A stretch of DNA of 64,000 nucleotides from Klebsormidium nitens. Lineage: Eukaryota > Plantae > Klebsormidiophyceae. The translations under genes were made by a program, and so were the position numbers. Location of the stretch: the NCBI GenBank assembly GCA_000708835.1, contig DF237059.1, positions 1 through 64,000 of the forward strand, read 5' to 3'. The notes below the pieces were generated by a model, which was not told the origin of the DNA, searched no databases, and saw nothing but the letters and a program-made list of their open reading frames with translations. This document shows, one piece after another, positions 36,050-49,300 of the stretch; position 1 is the stretch's first letter, and each line of letters opens with the position of its first letter.

Positions 36050-39000
36050 ATGGCGGTGTGTCAGAAGGTCACAGCTGTGGGAGTTTGTCTCACATGCAAA
36101 ATTGCCACGTCCACACGTTCTGCGCATGTCGCAGGGCAGTGGCAAGCTGCTTTACTTCCCTACCCCCAGTGCAATGCTAGTCAATGCTTCTCAACCAACC
36201 CATGGCAGCCTACTTCAAAACAACTCAGAAGTCCACAGCAGTTGACCTTTGCTCTGAAACGTAACTGCACTTTCTTGCAGAATAAAGTACGCATAGAAAG
36301 CACTAAGCCTGGAAGGTCCCGAGCTGGCAGAAGCCATGAAACGTTGAATGTGGTCAATAGCGCAGCAGAAGGACTCCAAAACATAGCTGTGGAGCAGCCC
36401 CCGAGCAGCCGAGAGGAAGCTGTCTCACAAGCACGGACCGCGTTGCAGTCTGTGATGGTCAAGTTTCTTGCGAAGCAGGGGCGGAGAAAGGGGGGAATTG
36501 CCAGTCAACTTCGGTTGCAAATTGAGGTATGCAAGCTGGCGGTTGTGTTCTTTGGATTACGTTTCCCCTTATCAGTGCCAATTTTGGTGGCACCTGTAAC
36601 CACCAGAACTTTGTAGGAATAAGGTGGTTCCATGTAAGTTCTTGGCTGCCAGTCAATTGAGTGGTGGTGTAACACCATGACCCCACGCCTCCCATCAGGC
36701 AAACACGTCAAATCAAAAGTGAACTGCAGTGTCCAATATCAACATTGAGAGTTCTGGGTATCCACTTTCCACCCCCCTAAGACTTACAACTCACATGGAG
36801 TCAAGAGTGGGGTTCAATGCCTCTACAATATATTCACAGGACTGCAAGGAATAGGGCGACATTGAGGAAGCTTTATAAATATGCCCGCTTGATCACACCT
36901 GACTACCAGTATGACTAGCACAGATTTCTGTTGGCTAAGACCACCAGGCGATCAGAGTCTTACCATCTCATTTCAGGTACCAGTTGCTGATGAGACCCCA
37001 GAGGCCCAAATCCAGTTGGCGCGGGAGGTTTGCGATGGTGCATTTTCTGATAAGAAAGGCGCACCTCTCTCAGTGGCCATCTTTGTGGCCTCAGAGAAGG
37101 TACGGAGAGTGGCTGCGGAGGAGCTTCAGAGCATCGGAGAGGCGCCAGTCGCCAGTGTACAAACTCTTAGGGAGGGGGAGACGTTTCCAGACAATGCAGG
37201 AGCGGTGCTTTTACTTGGTCCAAAAGAAGAGCAGGTGCGCTTGATCTGGTCTTAATATCCAAGTATTGTGTTCTCCTTGCCTTCCACCACCTCGGCGTGT
37301 GCTGTTAGTCCGATGCTATCTCTGTGCGAGAACATTGTTTCACAACGATAGCAGTGACTAGGCAAATGCACAGCTCTCACCGGTCATTCTCTAATCCTTC
37401 TCAAGGATGTCTTTGAAGATGTATTGGCAGTCAATCCCAAACAAGACCGATTAAGGAATCTGACAGGGGGGTTCCTCTAGTGGATACATCTGGCTGAAGC
37501 AGATGGTTGTAAAATTCTTCTATCTCTTGTCTTACAATCATTCCCCATTCTCCTTCACAACCGCTCTGAAAGCAGCACCGCTTGCATTCAAACGATCTTC
37601 CTCGTACAATCAAGGACTGTCTTGACGGTCAGTCCGCTGGCTCCAATATTGTTTGAAAATCGTTGAACGCGATTGCCCAGAATGACCAGCGCGTGTCCAC
37701 CTCTGCGCTTGTTCCGAGAAAGTCTCCCTTGTATCCCATTGAAATGTTGATAGTGCGCGAGATCCTTTCCCCGAATAACGAGCTCCGTTGCTTCGTGCAG
37801 ATAGCCCACTTGCGGTCCATCGTGGGAACCGCCGGCAGCCGACCCATAGTGGTCCTGAATCCAGGTGCGTTCTAAACAGAAAGATGCCGATGCTAGGCTC
37901 CTTCAATAACGTGCATAAGATTGTGTCTACAGCCGAGACAGTGCACAGAATCAACATGCGCCATAGCTTGACCGGATTTTCAAGAGCAGTTCTCAAATCT
38001 AATTTATGTGTAAGGCCTGGCCGCAATTCCTAGGAAAGGACTTCGTCATTTCGCCCCATTCGGAAGATCTGGGATCCGTGTGTTCTCTACTTTGATTTCA
38101 AATCAAACCCCGAGAGTGTGGTCACTGTTTTCAAACATCTTTACATACAGGTTATCAGAGCATATTAACATCCAAAGAAGATTTTACAAGCACCGTCATC
38201 GATTTCCTGCAGAATGGCCGGACGCCAGCGAAGCCGAGGAGAACAACAAAGCGTTCGTGGCTTCTTTCGACGTGTGCTACTCGTTCCTGCCGCTCAACAT
38301 CGAGGCGATGCTGAGCAAGTTCGAAGGGGCGGTGCTCAAGTTCGTGCGGAGCGGGCCGCCACAGGGAGCGCCGTGGGTCATCTTCGTGAAGGTACTCCGT
38401 GCAATTGATATTCTCGTCTTGAGTCCCTTCTTGTTGCTCCTAAACGTTCCCCGAGCGCTGCTTTGACGGTCAATTTTTGCTCCGACCGGTTACACCGGGC
38501 CTGGCCTTTAGGAATCCGACTTTGTCAGCGGCAGCCGGGCCCCTTTTGGTTGATTCAACACCTTTAATCAGAAGATTGAGTACCCTGAAGCACAGCGATG
38601 AAGTGACCCGTTCGTAGAACGATGACCACCGAAACCACTGGCGATTAGACGAGATTATTATTTCCAGGCGACCGCAGCTATTGTTCACGTTGTATGCAAC
38701 GTCGATCAGATTTGGTCGTTCTGAAAGGGCCTCCTGTAAGCCTGCGTTCAAGGTGGGAGGTAAGTTGCCCGAAGCCGGCCATCGGGTTTGCTGACGTCGT
38801 GCGCTTTTCAGAACGAGAACCTTCTGGCCGAGAGTTGCCCTCTCGGCAAAGAAAGAAAACCTGATGATTACGCTCCTCATAGTTGGTGGCGGACTAGCTA
38901 CTGAAAAGCGGCACGGCCTGTGAATCTCGTGCGTCCTGAAAAGGCGTTCATTGAATCGGAGGGCTGCTCCTACACAGGCTGACACCCGCTTCAATGTTGG

Positions 39001-39555
39001 GCGTTTGGATTCCATGGCTTCTTGCCAAGAGCAGCGTATGTTGCGTTGTCCTATTGTGAAGGGGATGATCAAAGGAGTGAAAGGAACGTTCTGCAGGCTT
39101 TGTTTTGTTGTGATCGCTCGTTCGTGATCTTCTTTGTGTCAAGAACTTTGCACCTTCAATGGTATTATCAGAAATGAGCCGAAATATCCATTCGTTGCCC
39201 AGGGGAACGAAGGATTGAAACCTGTCAAGACGTACAAGAGTAGGCCGACGGCGAAAGATCTGGAGGACGTAAGTTGTGCTGCTCTGTCCGGTTGCTTAGT
39301 GCTTTGTGTTTTGTGCTTGGTTTGGTAGCAGCTTTCTGGTCCGTTGCTTCTGTCGATTTCTAACGAATCCTGCGATGAGGATATCTTGATCTGCGTGACC
39401 TGCTTGAAGAGACTGTCATGTCGCTTGCAATGGCGTCTAAAAAAAGCATTACAAATCTGGCCTCGCAGATCTTTTACAACTACTCCGCTTCACAAAGTCC
39501 GGTTAACAAAGGCATCGGGTTTCTGAGGGGACTGGTCGGCAAAGGGAAGAAGTGA
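36050..39555 (+). CDS. Plastid-targeted DUF1995-domain protein
   Basis: Transit-like N-terminus, then REEAVSQARTAL, RLQIEVPV, RPIVVLNP, FDVCYSFLPL, GAVLKFVRSG..PWVIF, YKSRPTAKDLEDIFYNYSASQSPV..FLRGL. Resembles plant DUF1995 proteins from memory; not searched. Confidence 0.7.
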
Positions 39556-40621
39556 GTTGGGGCTTCTTTGTTTGTATCTATACGCGAAATCTTGATTTTG
39601 GAAAAGTTCACCGATAGAGGAACTGGCAACCAGAATCTGCATCAGCCTGGTAACTCTGAAGGTCCCCGGCGCGCTTCTTGTCAGTCAGCAGACCTCACAA
39701 GGTTTATCCACTGCCATTGTATCTATGTAGCGTAAGTGGAATCGCGAATTGGCCGTCTCGAATATTGATGAGATCTGACATTGTTTTTGCGCATGTGGTG
39801 AGTCGAACTTTCAGCTTCGTTGCGGTACTTGATTGTTGTAATGAATTCTCAAACCTTGCAAGTGCTGATGCGAGGCCTTCAAGGCACATCGTGCAGGCGC
39901 ATGGTTGCAGGTTATGCTAAGCTGTATTGATATGACAATGTGAAGACACCAGCCGCGGCAATATTCGCTGGCCCGGTATAGCGCGCCAGTATTTGAATTA
40001 TAGCTAAAACCTCACATGTGCATGCCGCTGCGCCAAGCTGGTCTGATGCATGTGCTGCTTACGTTATCATTGGCATAGGAAACAAAGTGACACGTAGGAA
40101 ACAAAGTGACAGTCGTCCCGAGGCTCAGTGACCGTGAAGCGCTGCACCAGAATAGAAGCAATTAAGACGCCCGTTTCTACATATCGCGTGCAAGCTAGCA
40201 ACCTAAGCCTAGTAATCAATTCCCATGATAGGCTGGCCGGCCGCTAGACTTGCCGACCGTTCGATCTCTGGCAGCCGCAGCGCGGTACCGCGTCGCGATC
40301 GACTCCGGCGCAGCCAGTCAATGATCCCTCACAAGTAGCGCGCGCGCGCGTCAAATGTTCGCAGCACTGGTGGCGGCGCAGGCCGGGTGGAAGTCTTTCA
40401 ATGATTATGTTTCATCGTCATGTCAGAATGGACGATTTGCTTGCAAGCGTGTTCCCTTTCAATGGCGGCCTGCAGGAAGAGAGGCACCACTTGGTCCTAC
40501 GTAACAGCTGACGGGGGGTCGCCCATCCGAGAGGATCAACTAGCTCTTTGATAGTCATTTTCATATAGTCCTCGTTTTTCCTTGGAATTCTGTGAGCGAT
40601 ACTGTCTGTGCGACTTTGCAA

Positions 40622-43600
40622 ATGGCGGCCAGGGCTATTTTGCTCAGCAGGGAGGCAATCAAGAAGGTGGCCGGGAATGATGGGACTTTCAAGAGGGCCA
40701 TTGAAGTTCAGGCCTCAAACAAGATGACGGAGATTGAGTTCTCTGGTGAACAGTTCATACATGGGAAAGCAAAGTGCGAAGGTGAGGAGACTTGAATACG
40801 CTAGATGCTTCTACTGACGAAATGAGACACACAAGAGAAGTGGACTTTTCAAGAAAGCGTGCCTTCTTTTCGGGGGCATGCGTGCTTTGGCGATCAGAGC
40901 GGCCAGCTTGATTTTGAAACATGCAGATTGTGAATGTGTTTTTCACTGCCAAATGTCTTGATGTGCGCCGCCAGATTGTCATCTCAGCGTGAATGCTGTA
41001 TCCAATTAGGTCAGGGACTGCATTGGGAAGCTACCAGTCAGTCAGCATCTAAGCAGTCTAATGCTAATATGGTGATAACTTTCAGCTATCCTCAGGTCGT
41101 TACAGTGGCTTGCTACTGAGTCTGCGGTTTGTACGGAGTTCAGGGGGATCATCCAAATAATTGTAATGCATTGCGCAGGGTCGTCCCCAAGGGACGTTTA
41201 CATTCTCAAGTTTGAACTGGACCCCAGCATGCCCTCTGCAAGACCACAGGCAGACTGCTCCTGTCCATCTGCACAGAGGGGGCTGTGCAAGCACGTTGTT
41301 GCGCTGCTGCTGACCAGAGCTGACCAGGTAAGAGCCGACGGACTGATGGAAATGCAAGCCTTACTTGCTACTTCAGCCACCAATTTTGGCGTTACAGGTC
41401 CGTCATGCTATGTTTGCTTGATGTGAGAAACCGCTGTCGTCGGCTAGGAAGTGTCCTTCTGACTCTGAGTTGGTATTCAGATTCTGGCCTCAGCTGTCAC
41501 ATCAAGGGGTTTTCTTGGTACTTCACTCACCTAGATTTTTGCCCTCCAATTGTGATTTATAGCACTGGTTTCAGGAGCGACACTTGTCTTTCAACTGGCA
41601 GACATTGGAATGTGTGACTTCTTATCCTTGTCAGCACTTTTCGAACTTTGACCTGGCATCGTGATTATAAAGTCTTGCTCGAACAGTCCAATCCATGATA
41701 GGTTGCGACTCTCCGGAGCTTCTTGTTCTCGATCCTCAGAAGCAAAGCTGAGCCACTCCCTTAATTCCTTCCAGATTGAAGCAGAAGAGCGGCTGAGAGC
41801 CAGGGAGCGCCTAGCCGCCGCACGCGCAGACGCCACTGGAAAGGCAGTCCTCGCCGAAGATCTTCCCCCGCCACCCCCCCTGGAAGCACCACCGCCCGTC
41901 ACCTCTGCAGCAGTCGAAGGAGGGCCCTCAGAAGTAGCGGCAGTATTTCAGCCCATGATCACAAACGCCTTGGCAGCAGGGAGTGCGCTGAGCGCAGCGG
42001 GGGGGGCTGCCGAGGCGTCGAGCAGCAGGTCGGGAAAGCGGGTGCTGCCCCCCTGGCTGCAGCCAAAATCAGCGAAGCCCGAGAAGGGAAAGGGAAAGGG
42101 GCGTCCGAGCGCAGAGGGGATTGCGGACATTCGGACGCTGCTCGGTAAGAAGCGTCCGCTGGAAGTGGTCGCGAAGCAGCCACCCCGGCGGAGGGCCCGG
42201 GGTGCAAAGATCGTGCAGGAAGACAGTGAGGAGGAAGGGGGGGACGACGAAGCGGGGGGTTCCAGGGGGGGTGACGTGGCGCCGCGGGAGAGGTCGACAC
42301 GGCGAGCGGCGGTTGCAGGGAGCCGGAGGCTGAGGGAGGTGGCTGAGGACGAAGAGGAAGGAGGTAAAGAGGATGACGGCATGGATGACGAGGAACTGGG
42401 GCGAGGAGGAAAGACTGATGCGCAGAGGCAAATGGGGGGGACGTTGGGGGTAATGGAAGACACGGGGACGCTGGGTTACGACTGGGAGAACTGGGGTTCG
42501 ATCGTGGAGAACATGCGGGAGAATGAGCAGGAAGTGAGTGGTTCTGCTGGTTTTGGGTGTCAAGTTGGGCGGGCTGATCGTTGCTTGGAAGTCGCACATT
42601 CACTAAAATGCTCCTAGAAGGGCGTCGGTGGCGGCCTGTAGATTTCTGGTGTACGAACTCAGCTCGAAGGAAGAGCTGTGCTGGAGCTCAATACGAATAT
42701 CCGCAGTCAAGGTCGCCTTAATGAATTTCGAATGGAAGGGAAAGATGTTTTGACAGAAGTGGGTTTGATTCTGAGTCCCGAGACGTAAGTCAGGCGTCTC
42801 TGGCGGGTTGACTTAGATGTTGAAATTGTTCGATTGCTGACGTTTGCAGTGATGCTACTGTCATAATGTTGCGCTGACGTCGCACCAGCGTCTCCCCTGA
42901 GACTTTCTCTTCAACAATTCAGCAGGGCGGGTTGGAGGCAAGACCACGGACTAGACCTCATGTGTAGAATATGCTAGTGTGTGCGGTATCTCCTTCCCTC
43001 CTTTCGACAGAATTCCATGCTGTGGGTCTCTGTGTTTTTGCCGTTCCAAGGACATCTTAAACCTTAAAACCTGAATCTCTTAACCTCATGTCCGAAAACG
43101 GTAAAAGTCTTCAAGGAGTGCGACCCAAGAACCACGAGTACTCGAGAGCAAATTGGACCCAGTGATATCATCAATCAAGTTGATTGATTGAAAACTAAAG
43201 CTGACCCTGAAGAATCTAACTACACCTCTCTGTTTGTTCGGGCAGACCGGAGCCGAAGCATCAGCGGTTGCACAGAATGGCCGAAAAGAACCCGACTCCT
43301 TATGGGACGGGGAGGACGAGGATGCACTACCCCAAAGGAGTCGAGCGTCGTCTCGACGGGGTCAGCGAGTCGAGGAAATGGCGACGGGCAGAGGCGGAAC
43401 GAGGAACAGGCGGCGGGCAGTGATCGAAGAGGAAGATGAGGAGAGCGCTCCTGTCGAGGAAGCAGGGCTGCGAAGAGGGCGGGAAGGGAGAGGACCAGGA
43501 GAGGAGTCGCAGGTAAGAAGAGCCGACTGGCATGCGTTCAAGTCCTTTCTCGGAGTCTTTTCTCGGACGAGAGTCGACTATTCGTTTCTGCACTCTGGTT

Positions 43601-45028
43601 GTCCTGGCAGGTTTCATTGCGGGTGGAAGGAGTCTCAGGCTGAAAGTTGGAGGCAGGACTGCTCCCTGAAACGCTGCAAGTAGAGACTGGGTCGAGTCTA
43701 CGTGACTGGACTTGTGCAGCATGCTCTTTCGGCTCCCTGGCAAATTTCGAGCCCTATACTTTCCGAGGTCTGCGCCTTCTCGTTGACTTTGCGAAGGCCG
43801 TTCGGCGCCAGACTTCGTTCGTTCGCTGGCATAACGGGCCTCTCCAGCATTCGTTTTGATTGGCTCCCTCAGCTGAGGCCGATGCACTCCTCTACATCTG
43901 TCTGCAGAGGCTATTTCCAAGAGACTGCGGGTACAAAACACCCCTGGAAGCGTTGCTAACTTTTCCTTTCGCCTTCTCGTCTGACAGGCGCACCGGCCGC
44001 AATCCGCCCAACAGCCGAACCGCGACGCACCGCAACCCCAGGCACCCCCGATGACTCCGGCGCAGGCGCCCGACACTGAGCCGATCGTCCCTAAGAAGAA
44101 GAAGAACTCCCTTTTCTCGCTGAAGAATTTCAAGGACGCCGTCCGCGGTCTAACCGACGAAGAAGCGGGGCAGTTGCTGTCGTCAATGGCCCCTCCCCAA
44201 CTCCCGGTCTCCGAAACCCCGCCCTTGGAACCCCTTTTTGGCAGTCTACCAGTTCCAGAGTCCGTCGGGAGCCCTACGCGGAACGGTGAATTAGAGCAGC
44301 CACACGTCGAGAGTTTGCCGCGGGAGTCCAGCCCGCCGCCCCTTCTGAGCGACGTTGTCGAGAACGTTCCGACGGCGGCTACGGAATCCGGTGCTTTTGC
44401 GGACGTTCTGCAGAAGGATACGGATTCCAGTGCTCTTGCAAACGTCTTGAAGCCGTTAGCGGAAGCGGAAGCTGGAGCTCATGAGGAGGTGCCGGCAGAG
44501 CCAAATGCGCCGTCGGGCGAGTTCAACCCCCTGGAAGCCATGTTAAGCGTCCTCAATACGACGGGTTCACGGGCCAAGAGGAGAGCGGCCAAGGCGGCCG
44601 CGAACACGGCCGCGGGAGCGCCCTCGATCGCTGCCCCCACTGGCGAAGTTTCTGCTCGGGAACCATCTGCTCTTGAAGCTTCGGCGTCTGCGCCTGCGCC
44701 CCCAGCGCGTGAGCCGCTTTCTCGTGAAACCCCTTCTCAGCAAATCCCCGCTTCTGGTGAAAGGTTTCCTCAGAGTCGGGCGCCGCTTGTTGAAACCCGG
44801 AGGAAAGAGGCGGAGGCGAACGTGGTTATGGAGAGTGGTCAGCCGGAACCCAGCGGAGAAAACGGGCAGCTTGAGTCGAAGCCCAGAAGCCCGTCGAGGC
44901 TGCCTCGCGTCGGCGAGGTGGGGAAGGCGAGTATGGAGCAGACGGGCTCCGTCTCCGTTGCCGGTCCCTTGAAACGGAAAGTCAAGTTCGGGGCAATGCT
45001 ACGGCCACAAGGTGAATTGAAAGCATGA
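40622..45028 (+). CDS. SWIM zinc-finger protein with long disordered acidic/basic C-terminus
   Basis: Exons 1-2 give MAARAILLSREAIKKVAGNDGTFKRAIEV...VYILKFELD...ADCSCPSAQRGLCKHVVALLL (SWIM CxC-xn-CxH). Long low-complexity exons follow (~41777-42533, ~43245-43512, ~43988-45028). Middle exons uncertain. Confidence 0.7.
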
Positions 45029-45625
45029 CCGTCGCATATCAGGTCTCTGGCAGGAGGAGCATGTTGTACGGTCCTACTGCAATCTCTGCTATCCCTCTGA
45101 TTGTACACAACTCTGTCAATGTATATAGGATCTTTTCGCAGAAGGATTGCGCCTCAAGCAAGCTACTGTTTCTAGAGTGCCAGTACTGCCACTAACTTCA
45201 ACAGCTAGACAGCCTGTATGCTAGAACGTCAAATCTGTCGTTTGCTCTGAGCAGAACTTATGTTGACGCAGATATGTGAAATGGCCCGTAGGGGCCACGT
45301 CCATTGTACATGACCATGATTGGACAGCTCGGAGTGGAAATCCGATGCAGTCAATCATCAATGCTAGCTATCGGGGCGCAAGTGCCGCAAGTTGAATAGA
45401 GCTAGTCGGTGTATCCTGCATATTGTGAATCACAGTTGACAAAGATGGTCAATTTTGGGCCCCCATCATGGCGTTGAGTTATAACCACGTTGATACGAGT
45501 CATGCTGCAAAGACGAGCTAGCTTGGAGTTTAAAGCCCGGGCCGGCACAGTTACGCGCTGGCGCGGCAAAGTTGCATGGTGATATCGATCATTACTACGA
45601 TCCGACGCGGCTTACGTACCTGCCA

Positions 45626-45853
45626 TCATGGACCCCGATAACTCTCGTGTGACCTAAGAGCCGTGTGACCTAAGATAGCCTAGGCACCCCCGGGGAACGG
45701 GTGAGGTTAAATATGGTGGTTAGGGTGGGTCGAGGTGGGGAGCGGGTGATTATTTGGGTTAGTTTTATACTATAATTTGAAGTGCCCGGGTAACTCGTAT
45801 CTTAGACGGCCACACGCCCGTTAGGTCACAGGAGAGTTCCCGGTATGCCATGG
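45626..45853. mobile_element. MITE-like element with terminal inverted repeats
   Basis: aactctcgtgtgacctaa (45640-45657) versus ttaggtcacaggagagtt (45821-45838) is a 17/18 inverted match, extendable to catgg. An internal second cgtgtgacctaaga copy is present. No ORF; TSD not established. Confidence 0.6.
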
Positions 45854-46342
45854 ATCGGTCATGCAGATGTCGGCCAAATAGGATGTGGCTTCGCATGCAG
45901 CGGCCCGATTGGCTTACGATCAGCCTGTTAAACGCCGGGGCCTGGCATATGCGAGTGCCAGGGATTCGGAAGCTAAGTGCGTCAACGTCAAGAGCTTGAA
46001 TTCGATACCATAGCCGCCTGTCATGAGTGTCATACCATCAATTAATATCGAGAAACGGGGGCTGCTAACCACGGCGTGCTAGCTTCAGGTACTTATAGGT
46101 AATCCCATGCTAATCTGCAGCTTGATTGTGGAGCTTTAGTACGCGGAGACAGAAAAGTGCTGCTCAAACCCGGTGTCTCCCTTGAGACCGTATATACGCG
46201 TGGATCGAGAGAACCACACTCATGCAGTGTGCCACTTAATTACGAGAAACGTACTAATTGTTCCCACCGAGCATCATTGATAACAGCCTTGGACTGTTTA
46301 TTTGACGTCTCGCTGTCATTCAAATCTTGACTTGCAGGACCT

Positions 46343-49300
46343 TCAACTATGAACTGGCAAATGGTCTTGGTTGGTGGGCCGCTTGGGGCTCTTTCTGGCA
46401 GAATTCAGTTGCGTGGGGGGCAGCCTTTTGTACTCTGATCCGATTCGTGGGTTCTTGACGGGTCCTTCTCTCTGCAAGACGAGGGAGGCATCTTCATGAG
46501 ACGGTATGCGTTGTATTGGAAGGACCTGACAGCCTGACAACCTGACAACGTGAAATCGATGTTGAAATTGTCCATACTTGATCTAAGAAGGCACCACCGC
46601 CTTCCGCGCCAAGTCTTTTGAGGGAAGTGTTTCACGCCTGAAAAAGCGTGACTCACCTTTGCACTCTTCTTCTTTTCTAGCTTCCTGCGAGGAGAAAGCG
46701 GTTTGAATCAGATATACTGAATAAGCGGTTTCAGTATATCTCCTGGTCATGTGAGAGGCTTGAATTTGAAAGAAGAACACCTTTGCGCATTCTCGTTGTT
46801 CGATGAGGCCTTGCGCTCTTATTTGGCTTTCACGCCTTTAAGCAGCACGCAAGTGGACATTAACATGCTGAGTAAACCACACTCTTTGAGAAAGGGTAAG
46901 GGGTAATCAGGTATCCCCAGAAACAAAATAATCACGCAAAATAAGATCATTGTGGTGCTTACCTGTACTGCCATTGAAAGATCATTTGAGGAGGTACGTT
47001 ACTCGTCCGCTCGAAGCGGACGGCGTATGAAACAAAGGAACGCTCCCCCTTCAGCACGACGTCCCCTGAAGGCCAGACGATCGTGACGGGTTTCTCGTCC
47101 CCGTGTCGGGTGTAGCAAAGGCCCTGGAGCTCTATCCAGTGGTCGCCGATACTTTGGATTGTAAAGCTGACGAGCCAGTAAGGAGTGCCGCCCTTGGAAA
47201 AGCAGAGCTTGGTTTTACTGGAAACTTCCACAGGCACAGGTGGTTCCAAAGGAAGTTCGACTTGGTCATTGACCGACTCTGCACGAATAATAGTGAAGGC
47301 TTTTTGAAAATGACGTATTTCAGGGGGCTTCCCAGTAGCACAACCGACCTTAAATCTCCTCCAAGAGTCGATGAATGTTTTGTTTTGGAAGGGCCTGATC
47401 ACATTGATCCAGGCGTGTCTGGATCCGATATAATGTACTCATACCGGTTTGCAAGCTCACACACTCTTACGACCAGCAAGCTCACCATGGACCCGGACAG
47501 CTGCGGGCTGTCCGGCGGTAGCCTCTTCCGCGCTGCAGTCGCAGGTCGCTCTGGAGATCTCTTCAAAAAGAGACCTTTTTGCGGGCAGGATTCGAGAACC
47601 AAAAGTGGCTCTTCTTTCCGAATCCAACTTAGGTGGTTCGTTTGAAAGATCTACGTCAAGCTGACTTTCAGCATCTTCGTACTGTGTCTCTGGAACTGGA
47701 TGCAGAATCGAATCCTGGACAGCTTCTGATCCCGATGCAGATTGGCGGCCACTATCTTCTCGCAGCTGTGGAAAGCCGTCGACCAAGACAGACTCGAACG
47801 TACTTCCTTGGTCAATCCTGCTTGTACTGGAGTTCTTCATAGACTGAGCTTCATCAACCACGTCGGTCGATTCCAAATCCGTGGACAACCTAGTCTGCGC
47901 TTTCGGTTCTGTCGCTGAGACCTCGCCGTCTCTTTTCACTGCACCAGACCCAGGGGCTTTAGCAGCCCGAGCGAGATCGAAAGATGAGACACCAGAATCC
48001 GGCAAACCTTCACTAACGTTAAGCTCTACCTTCAAGTCAGAACTTGTTTCCTGGAGCTTTTTCATGAGGGGAAGCGTCTGTTGTTGCTGCATTTGGTGAT
48101 CTATATCAGCACCAGGTTCTACTAAGGCTTGATGCAAAATTGGCAGCTGATATGAATTTTGAGGCGCTGATTCTGGCTTACTTTTGCGAAGTAGCTCGGT
48201 GGAATCGTACGTCGCAGCTCCTGTGTCTGATCCAAAAGCTACTGATCGATTTGGCAAGCTTTCCCCCGTGCTGAAAGATTGATCACCGTCCATCTCCTCC
48301 TCGCTGATTGCTGAAGCCGCTTGCGATACGCTCACGCAATCGTCGTCGACTTGGTTTCCTTCACATTCGCCACGACCAGTCTCAGCTTCTGCTGGGTGCA
48401 CATCTGCGCTTTCTTTGATAGCAGCGCGAGCATTGTCTAGGAATAGCTCGATAGAAGAAGAAGCTCCGTCAAAGTCTATGGGAGAAACGGCGTAGCCCCA
48501 AAGCTCGTCCAGATGAAAGCAGTGGTCTGAGAAAGTCCTGCAAGTACAGAGTCACTCTTCTTACAATTGGATCAAAGCATCAGCTCAAGGAGTAAGTCAT
48601 CTTTCCTCTGGAATCCGGATCCCGAAAGGAGGTCTGAAACAGCTTTATACAGATCTCACTACAGGGCAAAGCTATCATGCTTCGAGCTTCCTTGCACAAG
48701 ATAGGAACTTCCTTCTTTCAAAAGTGCGAGTAGCGCCCGCCGCTCACCAGGCTGAAGTCAGGAAGTCCAGTAAGAGGCAGTCGGTACCGACTTGCAGATC
48801 GTGTCGGGATATGCTGGAGACGGAGCTACCTGCAAAAGTATCAGACTGAGAATAAGAGGGTGAACACTTCTTCTGATCCTTACAGGTCGGCAAAGCAGAA
48901 AACATGGATAGTCTTTGAATGATGGGCACAGAAAAGCAGAAAGCGTTAACGCATTTCAAAAGTGTATCGAAAGTGTCTACGTCAAGTACAATATCGAAAA
49001 CGTGCAGCAAGCCTTCAAAGTATGGACAGTGGAGTTTTCACCTGAGTTGTTTGCAGACTTTCTGATATCAGAGATGCAAGAAACTCGTATATCCTGAAAC
49101 TTCTTTGTTTCTTCTTTGAGATACGTCCGAAGTCTTTCACAAGCTCTTTCACCTGCAGGCACCGAAGAAAAATCAATTGACAATGAACCAAGTCGTGGCC
49201 CATCTTTCGAAGATAAACATTTTCTCTTGCTGGGGACGTCGCACCTTGAAGCCTGCGTATCAGCTCAACAAAGCGACGTGGAATTTTTCGTAGGTGCGAT

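Noticed and set aside
40076-40111. 19-bp tandem duplication taggaaacaaagtgaca
   Set aside because: Isolated slippage-type duplication with no further structure.
39704-40621. Two short minus-strand ORFs, one with an MTIKEL SAP-like look
   Set aside because: Short, without the full SAP pattern, and located in the promoter region of the SWIM gene.
41948-42603. Pro/Ser-rich minus-strand ORFs
   Set aside because: Antisense shadows of the GC-rich SWIM-gene exon.
43703-43730. WTCAACSF resembling a RanBP2 zinc finger
   Set aside because: The second CxxC pair is missing, and the frame could not be joined to neighbouring exons.
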